Assembly: GCA_963729625.1 (NCBI GenBank)
Contig: CAVSOU010000007.1
Span: 192,001 to 256,000 of the forward strand
DNA from: an uncultured bacterium
GTDB lineage: Bacteria > Chloroflexota > UBA5177 > JANWHV01
Reading direction: 5' to 3'
Length of the DNA stretch: 64,000 nucleotides
In this document: positions 29,266 through 39,518 of the stretch, one piece after another
Numbering within the stretch: the first letter of the stretch is position 1
Layout: each line of letters starts with the position of its first letter
Program-made: the position numbers and the translations under genes
Notes under the pieces: generated by a model
What the model saw: the letters and a program-made list of their open reading frames with translations, nothing else
Database searches by the model: none
What the model was told of the DNA's origin: nothing

Positions 29266-31343
29266 GCGTCACCGGTGTTCATGTGCCCGCGGCACGTGCA
29301 CAGTCGGTGAGCTGGAATGGGTTCTCGATTACCCTGGCGGTAGTCGTGGCGGCTGCAGTGGCGCTCCACCTGCTCGTCCTGTCTGAAGGTCCGCACTGGA
29401 CGTCGCCCCTGCTGGCGGGCGAATGGTTGTTCAACGCCGTACTGGCTGGCTGCCTGCTTTTGTTCAGCCTCGTCCTGGGTCGACGCCTGGGTGGACCGCT
29501 ACGCCTGCTCGCACACCAGCCACTCGACGATGGACTGGCCATGCTGGGACTCGGCTTCGGTGCTCTTTCTGCCGGCATGCTCTGCGTCGGCTTGGTGCAG
29601 CTGTACTACCGGCCCTTGCTGCTCCTGGGTTTCGCGTTGGCCACCGTCGTGCTTCGCCGGGACCTGCTCTATCTCCTGGCATATGCACGGCAAAGCATCC
29701 ATGCGTGGCGGCGGGCAGGCCTGCCGACGGCGCCCGAGGGAGGCCAGCGCCTGATTCTCGCGCTACTGGCGTTTACCTCGCTGTACGTACTGTTGCGGTC
29801 AATGCTCCCGCTTACCGACTGGGACGCCGTCGTCTACCATCTAGCCTCGGTAAAGCTTTACCTCGCGCATCACGGAGTGTTTCCCCTGCCCGATATTCCG
29901 CTCGCCAATGGCCCAGCGGCCGAAGAGATGCTGTTTCTCCTGGGCCTCGCCACCGGCACTGACGGTCTGGGCAAGGTGCTGAACATTGGCTTCGCCGTGC
30001 TGCTCTGCATAGCCATCTATATCCTCGGTCGTCGCCTGAGCGGACGCACGGCCGGCTGGCAGGCCGTACTGCTGTTTGGCAGTACCTTCTGGATGATCGC
30101 GGTTCTGCCGCTTGCGATCGTCGATTTCGCCTCGGCGTTCCTGCTGGTGGCCGGAGTCAACGACGGAGTAGCCTGGGCCGATCGATTGTCGACCGCAGCG
30201 CGCCGTGGAGTGAGCCACGGCCGAGCAGATCCGCTGTTGATACGCAGCGGGCTCCTGATAGGCTTCGCGGCCTCCACGAAGCTGTCCATGTTGGTCGCGC
30301 TGCCGGTAGCCGGTGCCACGGTGATCGCTATTGCGTTCCTGTACGGAGGTCGCGCCTGGGCTCCGCGCGTACGTGGAGCGGTCCGCGCCGGCGCAGTGAT
30401 AACGGTGAGCGCGGCGATCCCGCTGGCCCCCTGGTTCCTGAAGAATTGGGCGTATTTCGGCAATCCGCTTTACCCGTATGCAACCGTAGCCGTGAGCAAT
30501 CCGTCACACGGCATTTCCATCGACACCGCGCCTACGCTGCCTGCGGCGCATATCACCTGGATCTTCACATCTCTCGGTGACTTCCTCTGGAATCACGTAG
30601 GCGCGCTCTCCCTTGCGCTCGCCGTCGCCATAGTCCTGTTGCGGCGACCCGGGCAGCGGTTCGCGCTGTTGTTTCTGGCCACCGGGCTCGTCGCCTGGTT
30701 CCTGTTCGTGCCGTACTTCGATCCTCCGCGCTATTACCTGGGACTTGCGGCGCTCGCGCAGGCGCTCAGCGTGAGCGCGCTCTACGCAATCTTGCCGCTC
30801 AACAGGCGCGCAAACATGCTACGAAGTATCGGTGTGTTCTGCTATCTCATCACGCGTACGTGGCCAAACGTGCTGATTGGGCTCGGCGTGATGCAGCAGA
30901 GCCTGATCGGCCAGGTCGCCCGTGGCGACATCTCGCGTTACGACTACCTTGCCGGACAGGTACGCGGCTACGTTTCCGCGCAGTGGGTCAACTCCCACAC
31001 GCCGGCAGGAACGGTGATTGCGACGGCGGGCGTGCTCTCGGGGTACTACCTCGACCGCCCCTACCTGAATGACTGGTACGGAACACGCCTCAGTCGATTA
31101 GAGGCAGGCGGGGCCAGCCGAGAAATGGAGCTGACCGCCTGGTGCAAGGCGGGGGTGCACTTCGTCATCTTCGACCGCGGCGACGGGAACATGGGATTCG
31201 ACGGCATCAACGGGGTGAGGCCGCCAATGTCGTTCCCCTGGCTGCGCACGCCGGGTCTCAATGCCCGCCTTCGTTTCAGTGCCAACGGCGTCGACGTGCT
31301 CTCCGTCGATCCATGCTCGACTTTGAAACGCGGCGGGGAATGA
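29262..31343 (+). CDS. Polytopic membrane protein, GT-C-like glycosyltransferase paralog 2
   Basis: GTGA start/stop overlap with paralog 1; DWDAVVYH, PWFLKN..FGNPLYP, PRY. Confidence 0.75.
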   Translation: MSVTGVHVPAARAQSVSWNGFSITLAVVVAAAVALHLLVLSEGPHWTSPLLAGEWLFNAVLAGCLLLFSLVLGRRLGGPLRLLAHQPLDDGLAMLGLGFGALSAGMLCVGLVQLYYRPLLLLGFALATVVLRRDLLYLLAYARQSIHAWRRAGLPTAPEGGQRLILALLAFTSLYVLLRSMLPLTDWDAVVYHLASVKLYLAHHGVFPLPDIPLANGPAAEEMLFLLGLATGTDGLGKVLNIGFAVLLCIAIYILGRRLSGRTAGWQAVLLFGSTFWMIAVLPLAIVDFASAFLLVAGVNDGVAWADRLSTAARRGVSHGRADPLLIRSGLLIGFAASTKLSMLVALPVAGATVIAIAFLYGGRAWAPRVRGAVRAGAVITVSAAIPLAPWFLKNWAYFGNPLYPYATVAVSNPSHGISIDTAPTLPAAHITWIFTSLGDFLWNHVGALSLALAVAIVLLRRPGQRFALLFLATGLVAWFLFVPYFDPPRYYLGLAALAQALSVSALYAILPLNRRANMLRSIGVFCYLITRTWPNVLIGLGVMQQSLIGQVARGDISRYDYLAGQVRGYVSAQWVNSHTPAGTVIATAGVLSGYYLDRPYLNDWYGTRLSRLEAGGASREMELTAWCKAGVHFVIFDRGDGNMGFDGINGVRPPMSFPWLRTPGLNARLRFSANGVDVLSVDPCSTLKRGGE

Positions 31344-31347
31344 GACT

Positions 31348-33429
31348 GTGACTGTTAGGCTGTCCGGTCGGTGGAGTCTCATTCCGGCCGATGCTCGGCG
31401 GCGCGTGGTGCTGGTCGCGTGCGCCGCGTGCATCCTTGCCGCCTCCACGGTGCTGCATCTTGTCGTCCTGGCGGAGGGACCGCACTGGCGATCGCCGCTT
31501 CTTGCCGGCGAATGGCTCTTCAACGTGGTGCTCGCGGTGACGATATTGGCGTACGCGTCGGCGCTCGGACGGCGCGTGTTCGGAGCTCTGGCGCGTCTCG
31601 ACGGAGACGGATTGGCGGATCGACTCGCCACATTGGGCCTCGGCCTTGGAATCATGTCCTCTCTCGTGCTTCTGGTCGGCTTCGCGCGGCTCTATTACGG
31701 CGCGGTGTTTCTTGCCGCGTTCCTCGGGCTGACAGCCTTACTTCGGGACCAGCTCGTCGACATGCTCGACGGAGTGGCGCGAGCAGTAGCTTCCTGGCGC
31801 AGAGAACGGGCGTTCTCCATTCCGGACAGGCGTCACGCCGTCGTACTGCTGCTCCTCGGCGTCACACTCGTGCATGTTGCCGCGCGTTCTATGCGGCCAC
31901 TCGACGACTGGGATGCTCTCGCCTATCACATGTCGTCGGTGAAGATTTACCTCGCCCACCATTCCATCGTCCCCTTGCCCGACATACCGCTGGCCAATGC
32001 ACCATCATCCGAAGAAATGCTGTTTCTGCCCGGACTGATGGCCGGATCGGACGGCCTTGGGAAGGTACTGAACATCGCCTTCGGCGTGCTTCTCGCCCTT
32101 AGCGTGTTCGCCCTGGCTCGCCGACTGCGGGGACGGATCGAGGCGTGGCAGGCCGCGCTGTTTCTGGCAACATCCATCTGGATTATCCAGGTGCTCCCGG
32201 ATACGTTCACCGATTTCTCGTCGGCGTTCTTTCTCGTCACTGCCGTATACGACGTTTCCGTCTGGACGGACAATCTCGCTCACCGCGGCCGGCAGCCTGC
32301 CCGTGGACTCGGCGCCAGCAGGTTACTTCTCAGGGCAGGATTGTTCACCGGCTTGAGCGCATCCTGCAAGCTTTCCACGCTCCCAGCGCTTCCTGCGCTG
32401 TGTTGCGCCGTTGCGATTTGCGGCGCGTTGTACGCGGGCCCCGCGCTCGGCCGGAAGATACGGGTAGCGATCCAGGCAGGGTCGATCATGGGAACCGCCG
32501 CATTGGTGCCGCTGAGCCCGTGGCTACTCAAGAATCTGTACTTTTTCCGGGCGCCGCTGTATCCATATGAAGGCGTTTCGGTCAGCAATCCCACGTCGTC
32601 GAACGGGCTTTTCGTTCAGTCGACTGCTGCCTCCCCGTTAGCGCACGCGCACTGGATTATCACCTCGCTGGCGGACTTTCTGATCAACGACGTCGGGCTG
32701 TTGTCAGTGTTATTGCTCGTGTCGATTTTTGTCCTGAAACGGCCGGTACAACGCGCAGCGCTCGTCTCGGCGGCGGCATTGATTGCGCTCTGGTTCCTCT
32801 TTGTGCCGTACTTCGCGCCGCCGCGTTACTATCTGGGGGTCGCCGGCGTCACACAGGCACTGTCCGTTACCGTTGCATATGAGTTGTGGGAGGTACTGAA
32901 GTTCTCGCGCAGCAGTCTGCAGATGCTGCTTCTGCTCTACCTGCTCCTCAGAGCGGTCTACCTTGCAGTAGCCGAGTACAGCCTGCTCAGCAGCCCGATG
33001 CTGGGACAGGTCGCGACCGGGCAAATATCGCGATACGACTATCTTTCGCTCCAGGTCAGGGGCTACCAGGCAGAAATGTGGATCAATGCGCACACGCCGG
33101 AGGACGCGCGCATTGCCGTAGTGAACGTGATCACGGGCTATTATCTGGACAGGTCCTATTTGAATGATTGGTACGGATCTCGCCGCGCGCAGCTGATGTC
33201 CGGAGAGGCGCCACTTCGGGAGCAGCTGGCACTGTGGTGCCGCCACGGCGTGCGATACGTCGTATTTGACCGTGGAGATGGCCGGCCCGAACAGGAGGGA
33301 CTCGATAACGGTGCCCGTCAGCTGGACTCCTTCGCGTGGACGCGTACGCCGCACCTCGACGTCCAGGGCCTGTTCAGCGCCCGAGGAGTCGACGTGCTTG
33401 CCGTTCGTCCGTGTGACATCGGGCCATAG
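31348..33429 (+). CDS. Polytopic membrane protein, GT-C-like glycosyltransferase paralog 3
   Basis: DWDALAYH, PWLLKN..FRAPLYP, PRY; 4 nt after the paralog 2 stop. Confidence 0.75.
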   Translation: MTVRLSGRWSLIPADARRRVVLVACAACILAASTVLHLVVLAEGPHWRSPLLAGEWLFNVVLAVTILAYASALGRRVFGALARLDGDGLADRLATLGLGLGIMSSLVLLVGFARLYYGAVFLAAFLGLTALLRDQLVDMLDGVARAVASWRRERAFSIPDRRHAVVLLLLGVTLVHVAARSMRPLDDWDALAYHMSSVKIYLAHHSIVPLPDIPLANAPSSEEMLFLPGLMAGSDGLGKVLNIAFGVLLALSVFALARRLRGRIEAWQAALFLATSIWIIQVLPDTFTDFSSAFFLVTAVYDVSVWTDNLAHRGRQPARGLGASRLLLRAGLFTGLSASCKLSTLPALPALCCAVAICGALYAGPALGRKIRVAIQAGSIMGTAALVPLSPWLLKNLYFFRAPLYPYEGVSVSNPTSSNGLFVQSTAASPLAHAHWIITSLADFLINDVGLLSVLLLVSIFVLKRPVQRAALVSAAALIALWFLFVPYFAPPRYYLGVAGVTQALSVTVAYELWEVLKFSRSSLQMLLLLYLLLRAVYLAVAEYSLLSSPMLGQVATGQISRYDYLSLQVRGYQAEMWINAHTPEDARIAVVNVITGYYLDRSYLNDWYGSRRAQLMSGEAPLREQLALWCRHGVRYVVFDRGDGRPEQEGLDNGARQLDSFAWTRTPHLDVQGLFSARGVDVLAVRPCDIGP

Positions 33430-33704
33430 CCGGGCCGGCGTTCGCCGCTGCCCGATGACGCCTCCGCCGTCAAGTGTGCAGGCCAGGGAAGCCCAGGGAC
33501 TTCATTACTACGTACTTTTGGAACTACCCCCGGCCACCCCAGCAAAACAGTCACCCTGCCTGATCGAAAGGATAGAGTGCTCAAGGGTCGGCCATCGCCG
33601 GTGGCTACACGCTGTCATCAGCACCGCCGATGAGCGAGGCCTGTCCAGATACCGCTGAGCACGTTACCAGGTGTACAGTTCTGCACCGCCATGTAACGTC
33701 CCCG

Positions 33705-34760
33705 TCACCCGTGGTTGCGGTTTAGCGGAGCAGTGGACTCGCGAACCACGAGGCGGGTCGAGAGCTCGACGCGGCTGACCTCGAGCGGTAACGCGTCGAT
33801 CAAGCGGTACAGAAGCGTGACCGCGTGCCGGCCCAGCTCTTGCAGGGGTTGCGCGACGGTCGTCAGCGCGGGAGTGGTGACAGACGCGAGGTCGATGTCG
33901 TCGAACCCAACCACCGAAAGATCTTCGGGTAGTCGAAGCCCGCGTTCTCGGGCCGCCCGCATCACGCCGATCGCCATATTGTCGCTCTGGGCAAATATGG
34001 CCGTTGGACGCGAGGGCAACGACAGCAGTGCATGGCCGGCGGCCACGCCGCCATCGTACTTGAAGTCGGACTCCACCACGTATTCGGGTCTGAGTGGAAG
34101 CCCGGCCGATATCATCGCCGACTGATACCCGGCCAGGCGATCCTCGCTGGCGCACCAGCCTGGATAGCCTGTCACCAGGCCGACACGTGTATGGCCGAGG
34201 GAGATCAGATGCTCGGTGGCCTGGCGTCCTCCTGCCCAGTTGGTGGACGATACGACCGGGATGCCTTCCGGCAAGAGCAGACTCGGATCGATCACCACAA
34301 ACGGTGAACCGTGCTGACGCAGGTGCTGCAGCTCGACCCTCGTCTCGGTCGGGGTTACCAGCATCGTGCCGTCAGTTGTGCCGTGTATCAGGCGCTCCAG
34401 GACTGAAAGCTCCCGATCGTGACGATGCTGCGTGGGACAAAGTACGGGCCGCGCGTCGCGCTCGAATAGCGCCTCACTCGCCCCCTCGATAATGCCGGAA
34501 AAGAACCCATTTTGAGTGAATGGCACGACCACGCCGATCAATCCAGTCCGCCCGCTCGCAAGGCCTCGCGCGGTCCGACTGCCGACATAGCCGGCGGCAC
34601 GCACGCGTTGCAGCACAAGCTCGCGCGTGGCCTGGGAGACGTCTGGACGGCCGTTCAGCACGCGCGAGACCGTCGCAATCGAGACACCTGCCTGCTCGGC
34701 TATGTCGCGGATCATCGCGCGCTTTCCCGTCCCGGTTGGAATGTCTGTGACCTCAGCCAC
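33705..34760 (-). CDS. LacI family transcriptional regulator
   Basis: HTH IRDIAEQAGVSIATVSRVLNG; PEDLSVVGFDD, PALTTV. Confidence 0.95.
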   Translation of the reverse strand: MAEVTDIPTGTGKRAMIRDIAEQAGVSIATVSRVLNGRPDVSQATRELVLQRVRAAGYVGSRTARGLASGRTGLIGVVVPFTQNGFFSGIIEGASEALFERDARPVLCPTQHRHDRELSVLERLIHGTTDGTMLVTPTETRVELQHLRQHGSPFVVIDPSLLLPEGIPVVSSTNWAGGRQATEHLISLGHTRVGLVTGYPGWCASEDRLAGYQSAMISAGLPLRPEYVVESDFKYDGGVAAGHALLSLPSRPTAIFAQSDNMAIGVMRAARERGLRLPEDLSVVGFDDIDLASVTTPALTTVAQPLQELGRHAVTLLYRLIDALPLEVSRVELSTRLVVRESTAPLNRNHG

Positions 34761-34791
34761 GGTGCACCACCATGCGAGCATTCGGAACTAA

Positions 34792-34835
34792 CCGTAAACG
34801 CTTCCGGTTCTACGCCAAAATGCCGAGTTTGTCAA
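34792..34835 (-). promoter_or_regulatory. lacI promoter with adjacent LacI-type operator
   Basis: Minus TTGACA-N17-TAGAAC (34835-34807) followed by imperfect palindrome CCGTAAACGCTTCCGG (34792-34807). Confidence 0.6.
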
Positions 34836-35021
34836 GCCTCTGACCCGCCAAACAGGCCTGCGAGGACTCGGATCGAGTTCATGGGACGAAGTCCACGGCG
34901 ATGCGCTGGCACAACACGCCATAGCATTTTGTGTAATAGAAGAGCCATTAGACGTGGTTTTCGTCCACTATTGTCACCGCCGTGCTGACTGATTCGCTGC
35001 CACGCATCATGACGACCCATA

Positions 35022-35084
35022 TTGACATCGGGAGCATCCCATGCTATTCTCCGGGCTGTTGATGCGTTTCCGTAAACGCTCCCG
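35022..35084 (+). promoter_or_regulatory. ABC operon promoter with LacI-type operator
   Basis: TTGACA-N17-TATTCT with TGn extension; CCGTAAACGCTCCCG at 35070-35084. Confidence 0.7.
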
Positions 35085-35371
35085 ATAACCCGGTGACACA
35101 CAGCGGGTATTGCGGAAAGAGGCCGACGGTGCTACGCTTCTGCCGTCTCCGTGGTGGAATCGATCTGGTTATCGGCCACGCAGGCGTGGACGAGGTGCAG
35201 GATCCGAGTGTCGGCCAGTCAAACGCCGATCGCGAAGGGAGGTACGTCGCGGTACGATAGAGACCCGTTCGCGGCCTTCTCAGGCATCCCAACGTAACCA
35301 GCCGCATATGGTGTAGCGGTGCATTGCGTGACGACGAGGCACGCCAATTGAGCTCGCAAGGAGCGGAATAG

Positions 35372-37111
35372 ATGGCCCTAACGCCAACATTGAAGACGTT
35401 CGGCAAAGTGGTCCTGGGCATGGGTTTGATCGCCAGCATGGTGATGCCTAACCATATCGCCACCCGGGTCGCGCACGCGGCCTACAGTGGACCGCTCGTG
35501 ATCGCCGACCAGACAACCGGCACCTGGGTGCGTGATTTCAACCCCTATGACATCGCAAACCAAAACAGCCCGACCCTTAGCGGTATCTACGAAACCCTGT
35601 ATATCACCAGCACCCACAACGGCAACAAGCAAACTCCCTTGCTGGCAACGGGATACTCATGGTCCAAGGACCTCAAGAGCCTCACGTTCACTATTCGCCA
35701 GGGCGTCAAGTGGTCCGACGGCTCCCCGTTCAGCGCAGACGATGTCGTGTTTAGTGCCCAGCTTGGCCAAACTTGCGGCGTGGCCAATACAGTCGGCTGG
35801 TGGGACGTAAAAGACAAGTCGGGCAAGGTCATCAGCCCAGGCAGCCTTGCCAGTGTGACGGAATCCGCCGACAAGTCGACGGTGACGTTCACCTACAAGA
35901 CCGTCGACACGACAGTATTTGTGCCCAACTTCAACAATTTCTACGTCGTGCCCAAAGCAGTCTGGTCGGCTCACGCGAAAGACTCGGCGCAGGGGGGCGA
36001 CTGCGATACCTGGAAGAACCCTGACCCGGTGGGCACCGGTCCCTTCACTCAGGTGCAGTCATACTCAGCTCAGACCTACGTTCTGGGCAAGAACCCCAAC
36101 TACTACCTGCCGGGCGAGCCCAAGGTTTCCTCTATCGAGTTCCTCGACCACACCGGCAACGATACATCTACGAACGACTTCATCAATGGAAAGGTCGACT
36201 GGTCCGGAAACGCGCTCGGCGTGAACGCGGTCAACAGCGGGACCCGGCATTTCCAGTATTCCGCTCCCAACGTTCCGGTGCAGCTGATCTTCATCAATAA
36301 GTACCCGTACAACATTCCGGCATTCCGCCAGGCCGTCAGCATGGCTCTCGACCGAAAGACCATTGTGGGCACCGCCGAGGCCGGTTTTGGCTTCCAGCCT
36401 GCCGACGCACTCGGTCTCGCCTCCCAGTGGCCGGACTGGATCGCTCCGTCGGTCAAGGCGCAGGACACCGCGCTGTCCACCTACAACCTGACCGCGGCCA
36501 AGGCACTGCTCGCGAAGGCCGGGTTCACAGTCAATAAAGACGGTACCCTGCTCGATCCCAAGGGGAAACCTGTCGACTTCGATATCCAGACAGTTACCGG
36601 CTGGACCGACTGGTATACCGCGGTTGGGTTGATTGCATCCGAGCTAGGCGGACTTGGCATCAACGCAGGCGTGCACCAAACCCAGTTCGGGGCTTGGCAA
36701 AACACCCGCTTGACCGGAACATTCGATTGCCTGATTTTCTGGCAGCTCACCGTCGACTCGCCGATTTCGCTGTACGGCCAGTTCATGGCTGCCAACGACT
36801 ATTATCCCGTGGGCACCTTGATCGGCAACGGCAACGACCTCGGGCGGTACCAGAGCGCGGCAGCTGATGCGGCTCTCAAGGCAGCTCGAGCTACGGCCGA
36901 CGTCTCAACTCAGAAGGCCAAGGTTGCCGCTCTCGAGAAGATCTGGTTGAACGATCTCCCCACAATCCCGCTGTGGATCGCCGGGCTCTGGGAGAATTAC
37001 AACACGCAGCATTTCACCGGCTTCCCGGTAGCGGGCAACTACTATGCCTCCGGCCAGCCCGGCGACCGGCCCGACCGCGAGCTGGTGTTGCTCAATGTCA
37101 AGCCCGTGTGA
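35372..37111 (+). CDS. Family-5 (Opp/Dpp-type) ABC substrate-binding protein, probably oligosaccharide-binding
   Basis: RDFNPY, VKWSDGSPFSADDV, PVGTGPF, GWTDW as in TmCBP-like sugar binders; divergent LacI. Confidence 0.9.
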   Translation: MALTPTLKTFGKVVLGMGLIASMVMPNHIATRVAHAAYSGPLVIADQTTGTWVRDFNPYDIANQNSPTLSGIYETLYITSTHNGNKQTPLLATGYSWSKDLKSLTFTIRQGVKWSDGSPFSADDVVFSAQLGQTCGVANTVGWWDVKDKSGKVISPGSLASVTESADKSTVTFTYKTVDTTVFVPNFNNFYVVPKAVWSAHAKDSAQGGDCDTWKNPDPVGTGPFTQVQSYSAQTYVLGKNPNYYLPGEPKVSSIEFLDHTGNDTSTNDFINGKVDWSGNALGVNAVNSGTRHFQYSAPNVPVQLIFINKYPYNIPAFRQAVSMALDRKTIVGTAEAGFGFQPADALGLASQWPDWIAPSVKAQDTALSTYNLTAAKALLAKAGFTVNKDGTLLDPKGKPVDFDIQTVTGWTDWYTAVGLIASELGGLGINAGVHQTQFGAWQNTRLTGTFDCLIFWQLTVDSPISLYGQFMAANDYYPVGTLIGNGNDLGRYQSAAADAALKAARATADVSTQKAKVAALEKIWLNDLPTIPLWIAGLWENYNTQHFTGFPVAGNYYASGQPGDRPDRELVLLNVKPV

Positions 37112-37136
37112 TTTAATAAAGTCTGTTTAGTGCTTG

Positions 37137-37171
37137 CGGGCACGGCCGGCACAATCCGGCCGTGCCCGTTT
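37137..37171 (+). terminator. Stem-loop after the binding-protein gene (stabiliser or partial terminator)
   Basis: Perfect 13-bp stem CGGGCACGGCCGG/CCGGCCGTGCCCG followed by TTT. Confidence 0.7.
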
Positions 37172-37261
37172 GAACGCCCGGCCGGAATCCGCGTCGGCCG
37201 GCTTGAGAAACGCTAGGCAAGTCGGTGAGCGGAGTGCTGGACCGGCCACAGGACGGATCAT

Positions 37262-38242
37262 ATGAGGTATCTGGGGAGGCGACTGTTCTTCTACCTTCTC
37301 GCTCTGTGGGCGTCGATCACTCTCAATTTCGCCCTTCCACGAGCGATGCCGGGTGACCCGGCGATGGCCATTCTGGCAAAACTGGGGCCCTCGCTGGCTT
37401 CCCAGCCAAATGCCCTGCGGGTGGTGGAGACAGAGCTGGGCGTGTCAACCGATCCGTTGCCGCTGCAGTACTGGCACTACCTCGTGAACCTCGTGCACGG
37501 TGATCTCGGCACATCGTATGGCATGCACGAGCCGGTCGCACAGGTCATTCGCGATACCCTTCCCTGGACGTTGTTCCTTGTCGGCGTGGCGTCGTTCATT
37601 GCCTTCATTTTCGGCACGCTGCTTGGCATTTATTGTGCCTGGCGACGCGGCGGCTTCGCAGACAGTGTCCTGGTGCCTGCGACTGCCGTTTTCGCCGCAT
37701 TCCCGCCCTTCTTTCTCGCCCTCCTGCTTGCCTATTACGTTGCCACGCTAGGGGGCTGGTTCCCGAACGGCGGCAGCTATGCCTCGTTGACCGGCCCCAA
37801 CCTGGATTTCGGCTTCATCGGGGATATGCTGCAACATGCGGTGCTGCCGGCCTTTGCGCTTGTCATTGCCTCCGTAGGCAGCTGGCTGATCGGCATGCGC
37901 AACGCCATGATCAACACACTGTCCGAAGACTACGTCACGATGGCCACGGCGAAGGGCCTGGCGGATCGGCGCGTGATGATCTGGTACGCCGCACGCAATG
38001 CTTTCCTGCCACAGGTAACAAGTTTTGCCATGGTTCTTGGCTTCGCCGTCGGCGGCCAGGTGATCATCGAGTACGTGTTCAATTACCAGGGTGTCGGCTT
38101 CCAGCTGGTCAATGCAGTAAGCTCGCAGGATTATCCGCTTATCCAGGGAATACTGCTGGTCGTGACGGTAGCCGTGTTGTTTGCCAACTTCGCAGCAGAC
38201 GTGTTGTACGCACGCCTTGATCCGCGCGTGCGCCGCCGCTAG
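37262..38242 (+). CDS. ABC permease, DppB/OppB type
   Basis: MPGDP, GDLGTS, EDYVTMATAKGL, DYPLIQG, LDPR. Confidence 0.94.
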   Translation: MRYLGRRLFFYLLALWASITLNFALPRAMPGDPAMAILAKLGPSLASQPNALRVVETELGVSTDPLPLQYWHYLVNLVHGDLGTSYGMHEPVAQVIRDTLPWTLFLVGVASFIAFIFGTLLGIYCAWRRGGFADSVLVPATAVFAAFPPFFLALLLAYYVATLGGWFPNGGSYASLTGPNLDFGFIGDMLQHAVLPAFALVIASVGSWLIGMRNAMINTLSEDYVTMATAKGLADRRVMIWYAARNAFLPQVTSFAMVLGFAVGGQVIIEYVFNYQGVGFQLVNAVSSQDYPLIQGILLVVTVAVLFANFAADVLYARLDPRVRRR

Positions 38243-38262
38243 CGCCCGGAGGACGCTGAAAC

Positions 38263-39285
38263 ATGCAGGCTGAACCGAACGGAACTGGCGCCGCGTCAAA
38301 GGCACCCATGACAGCAACGACTAGGTCTGCTGGCCGTCGGGCCTGGCGTCCCGGTGTGCCGCGCTGGCTCTCGCTGCTTCTCTCCGATGGCAAGGCGACG
38401 GTTGGGCTGGGAATCCTGGCTTTCTTCCTGGTCGTGGTGATCCTGGCGCCCTTCATCTGGACCGGAGACCCCATGGCGACCGACAAGTCGTTCATCGATC
38501 GGGGAATGGGAGTGCTCAATCCCCCCTCGGCGAACCACTGGTTCGGTACTGACGTCGCGAATCGGGATATTTTCTTGCAGGTCATCAACGGCGGCCGTCA
38601 GACGCTGTTCCTCGGCTTCTCGGTCGGCGTGATCGCCACCATCCTCAGCGTGCTCGTGGGCGTCAGTGCCGGCTTTTTTGGCGGGATGGTGGACGAGGTC
38701 TTGAGCACCATCACTAATGTCTTCCTGGTCCTGCCGCCACTACCCGTGTGCATCGTGATCGCCTCGTATATAACCGTGAAGAGTGAGTGGCCAATCATCG
38801 GCGTCATTTCCTTCATTGCCTGGGCCTGGAGCGCTCGTGTCTATCGGTCCCAAGCCATGAGCATAAGGTCCAAAGACTTCGTGGAAGCTGCGATTGTGTC
38901 CGGTGAATCGGGATTCAAGATCGTGTGGAGCGAGATCTTACCAAACATGATTAGCATCGTGGTGAGCGGATTCATCGGTGTAACCACATTTGCAATCCTG
39001 TTCTCCGTGGCTCTTGACTTCCTGGGCTTTGCCAACAATGCGCCCATGAGCTGGGGCAGGATCCTCTTCTTTGCCCAGACCAGCGGCGCCGTCCAGGCCG
39101 GCAGATGGTGGACGTATGTTTTCGCCGGAATGGCGGTCACGCTCGTGAGCTTGGGGCTTATCCTGATCAACTTCGGCGTCGACGTGATCAGTAACCCGCG
39201 CCTGCGTGTCGAAGAGTTGAAGACTCAGCCCAGGCCCAGGATGACGCCATCGCCCGATGGCGTGAACGTCGCCCGCGCTCGCTGA
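38263..39285 (+). CDS. ABC permease, DppC/OppC type
   Basis: PPSANHWFGTD..RD, KDFVEAA, EILPN, SWG, NPRLR. Confidence 0.94.
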   Translation: MQAEPNGTGAASKAPMTATTRSAGRRAWRPGVPRWLSLLLSDGKATVGLGILAFFLVVVILAPFIWTGDPMATDKSFIDRGMGVLNPPSANHWFGTDVANRDIFLQVINGGRQTLFLGFSVGVIATILSVLVGVSAGFFGGMVDEVLSTITNVFLVLPPLPVCIVIASYITVKSEWPIIGVISFIAWAWSARVYRSQAMSIRSKDFVEAAIVSGESGFKIVWSEILPNMISIVVSGFIGVTTFAILFSVALDFLGFANNAPMSWGRILFFAQTSGAVQAGRWWTYVFAGMAVTLVSLGLILINFGVDVISNPRLRVEELKTQPRPRMTPSPDGVNVARAR

Positions 39286-39518
39286 CATCTCGGCCGCACG
39301 TGACACGCGCGCGTGTCCTGCTCGCCCCGTTGCAGGTGAGACGGCACTGTGTGGGCGCAATGTCCAGCCGCAAAGAGTCGATCTCTTCCAATTCTGCCTC
39401 GAGTTTGATACCCTCCGCATGTCGTGCCCGCATTGGTCGAGCAAGCGAGCGCTGCGCCGTACTGCTTGGCGCATGTCGAACGGCGAGATGCCGGGTCAGC
39501 AGAAGATGGAGATGGCGT

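Noticed and set aside
26173-33429. Possible island integrated at tRNA-Glu
   Set aside because: No integrase and no duplicated tRNA 3' end seen in the window.
35188-35198. GGACGAGGTGC resembling the guanidine-III riboswitch 5' segment
   Set aside because: The pseudoknot pairings are absent and the gene context (sugar ABC) does not fit.
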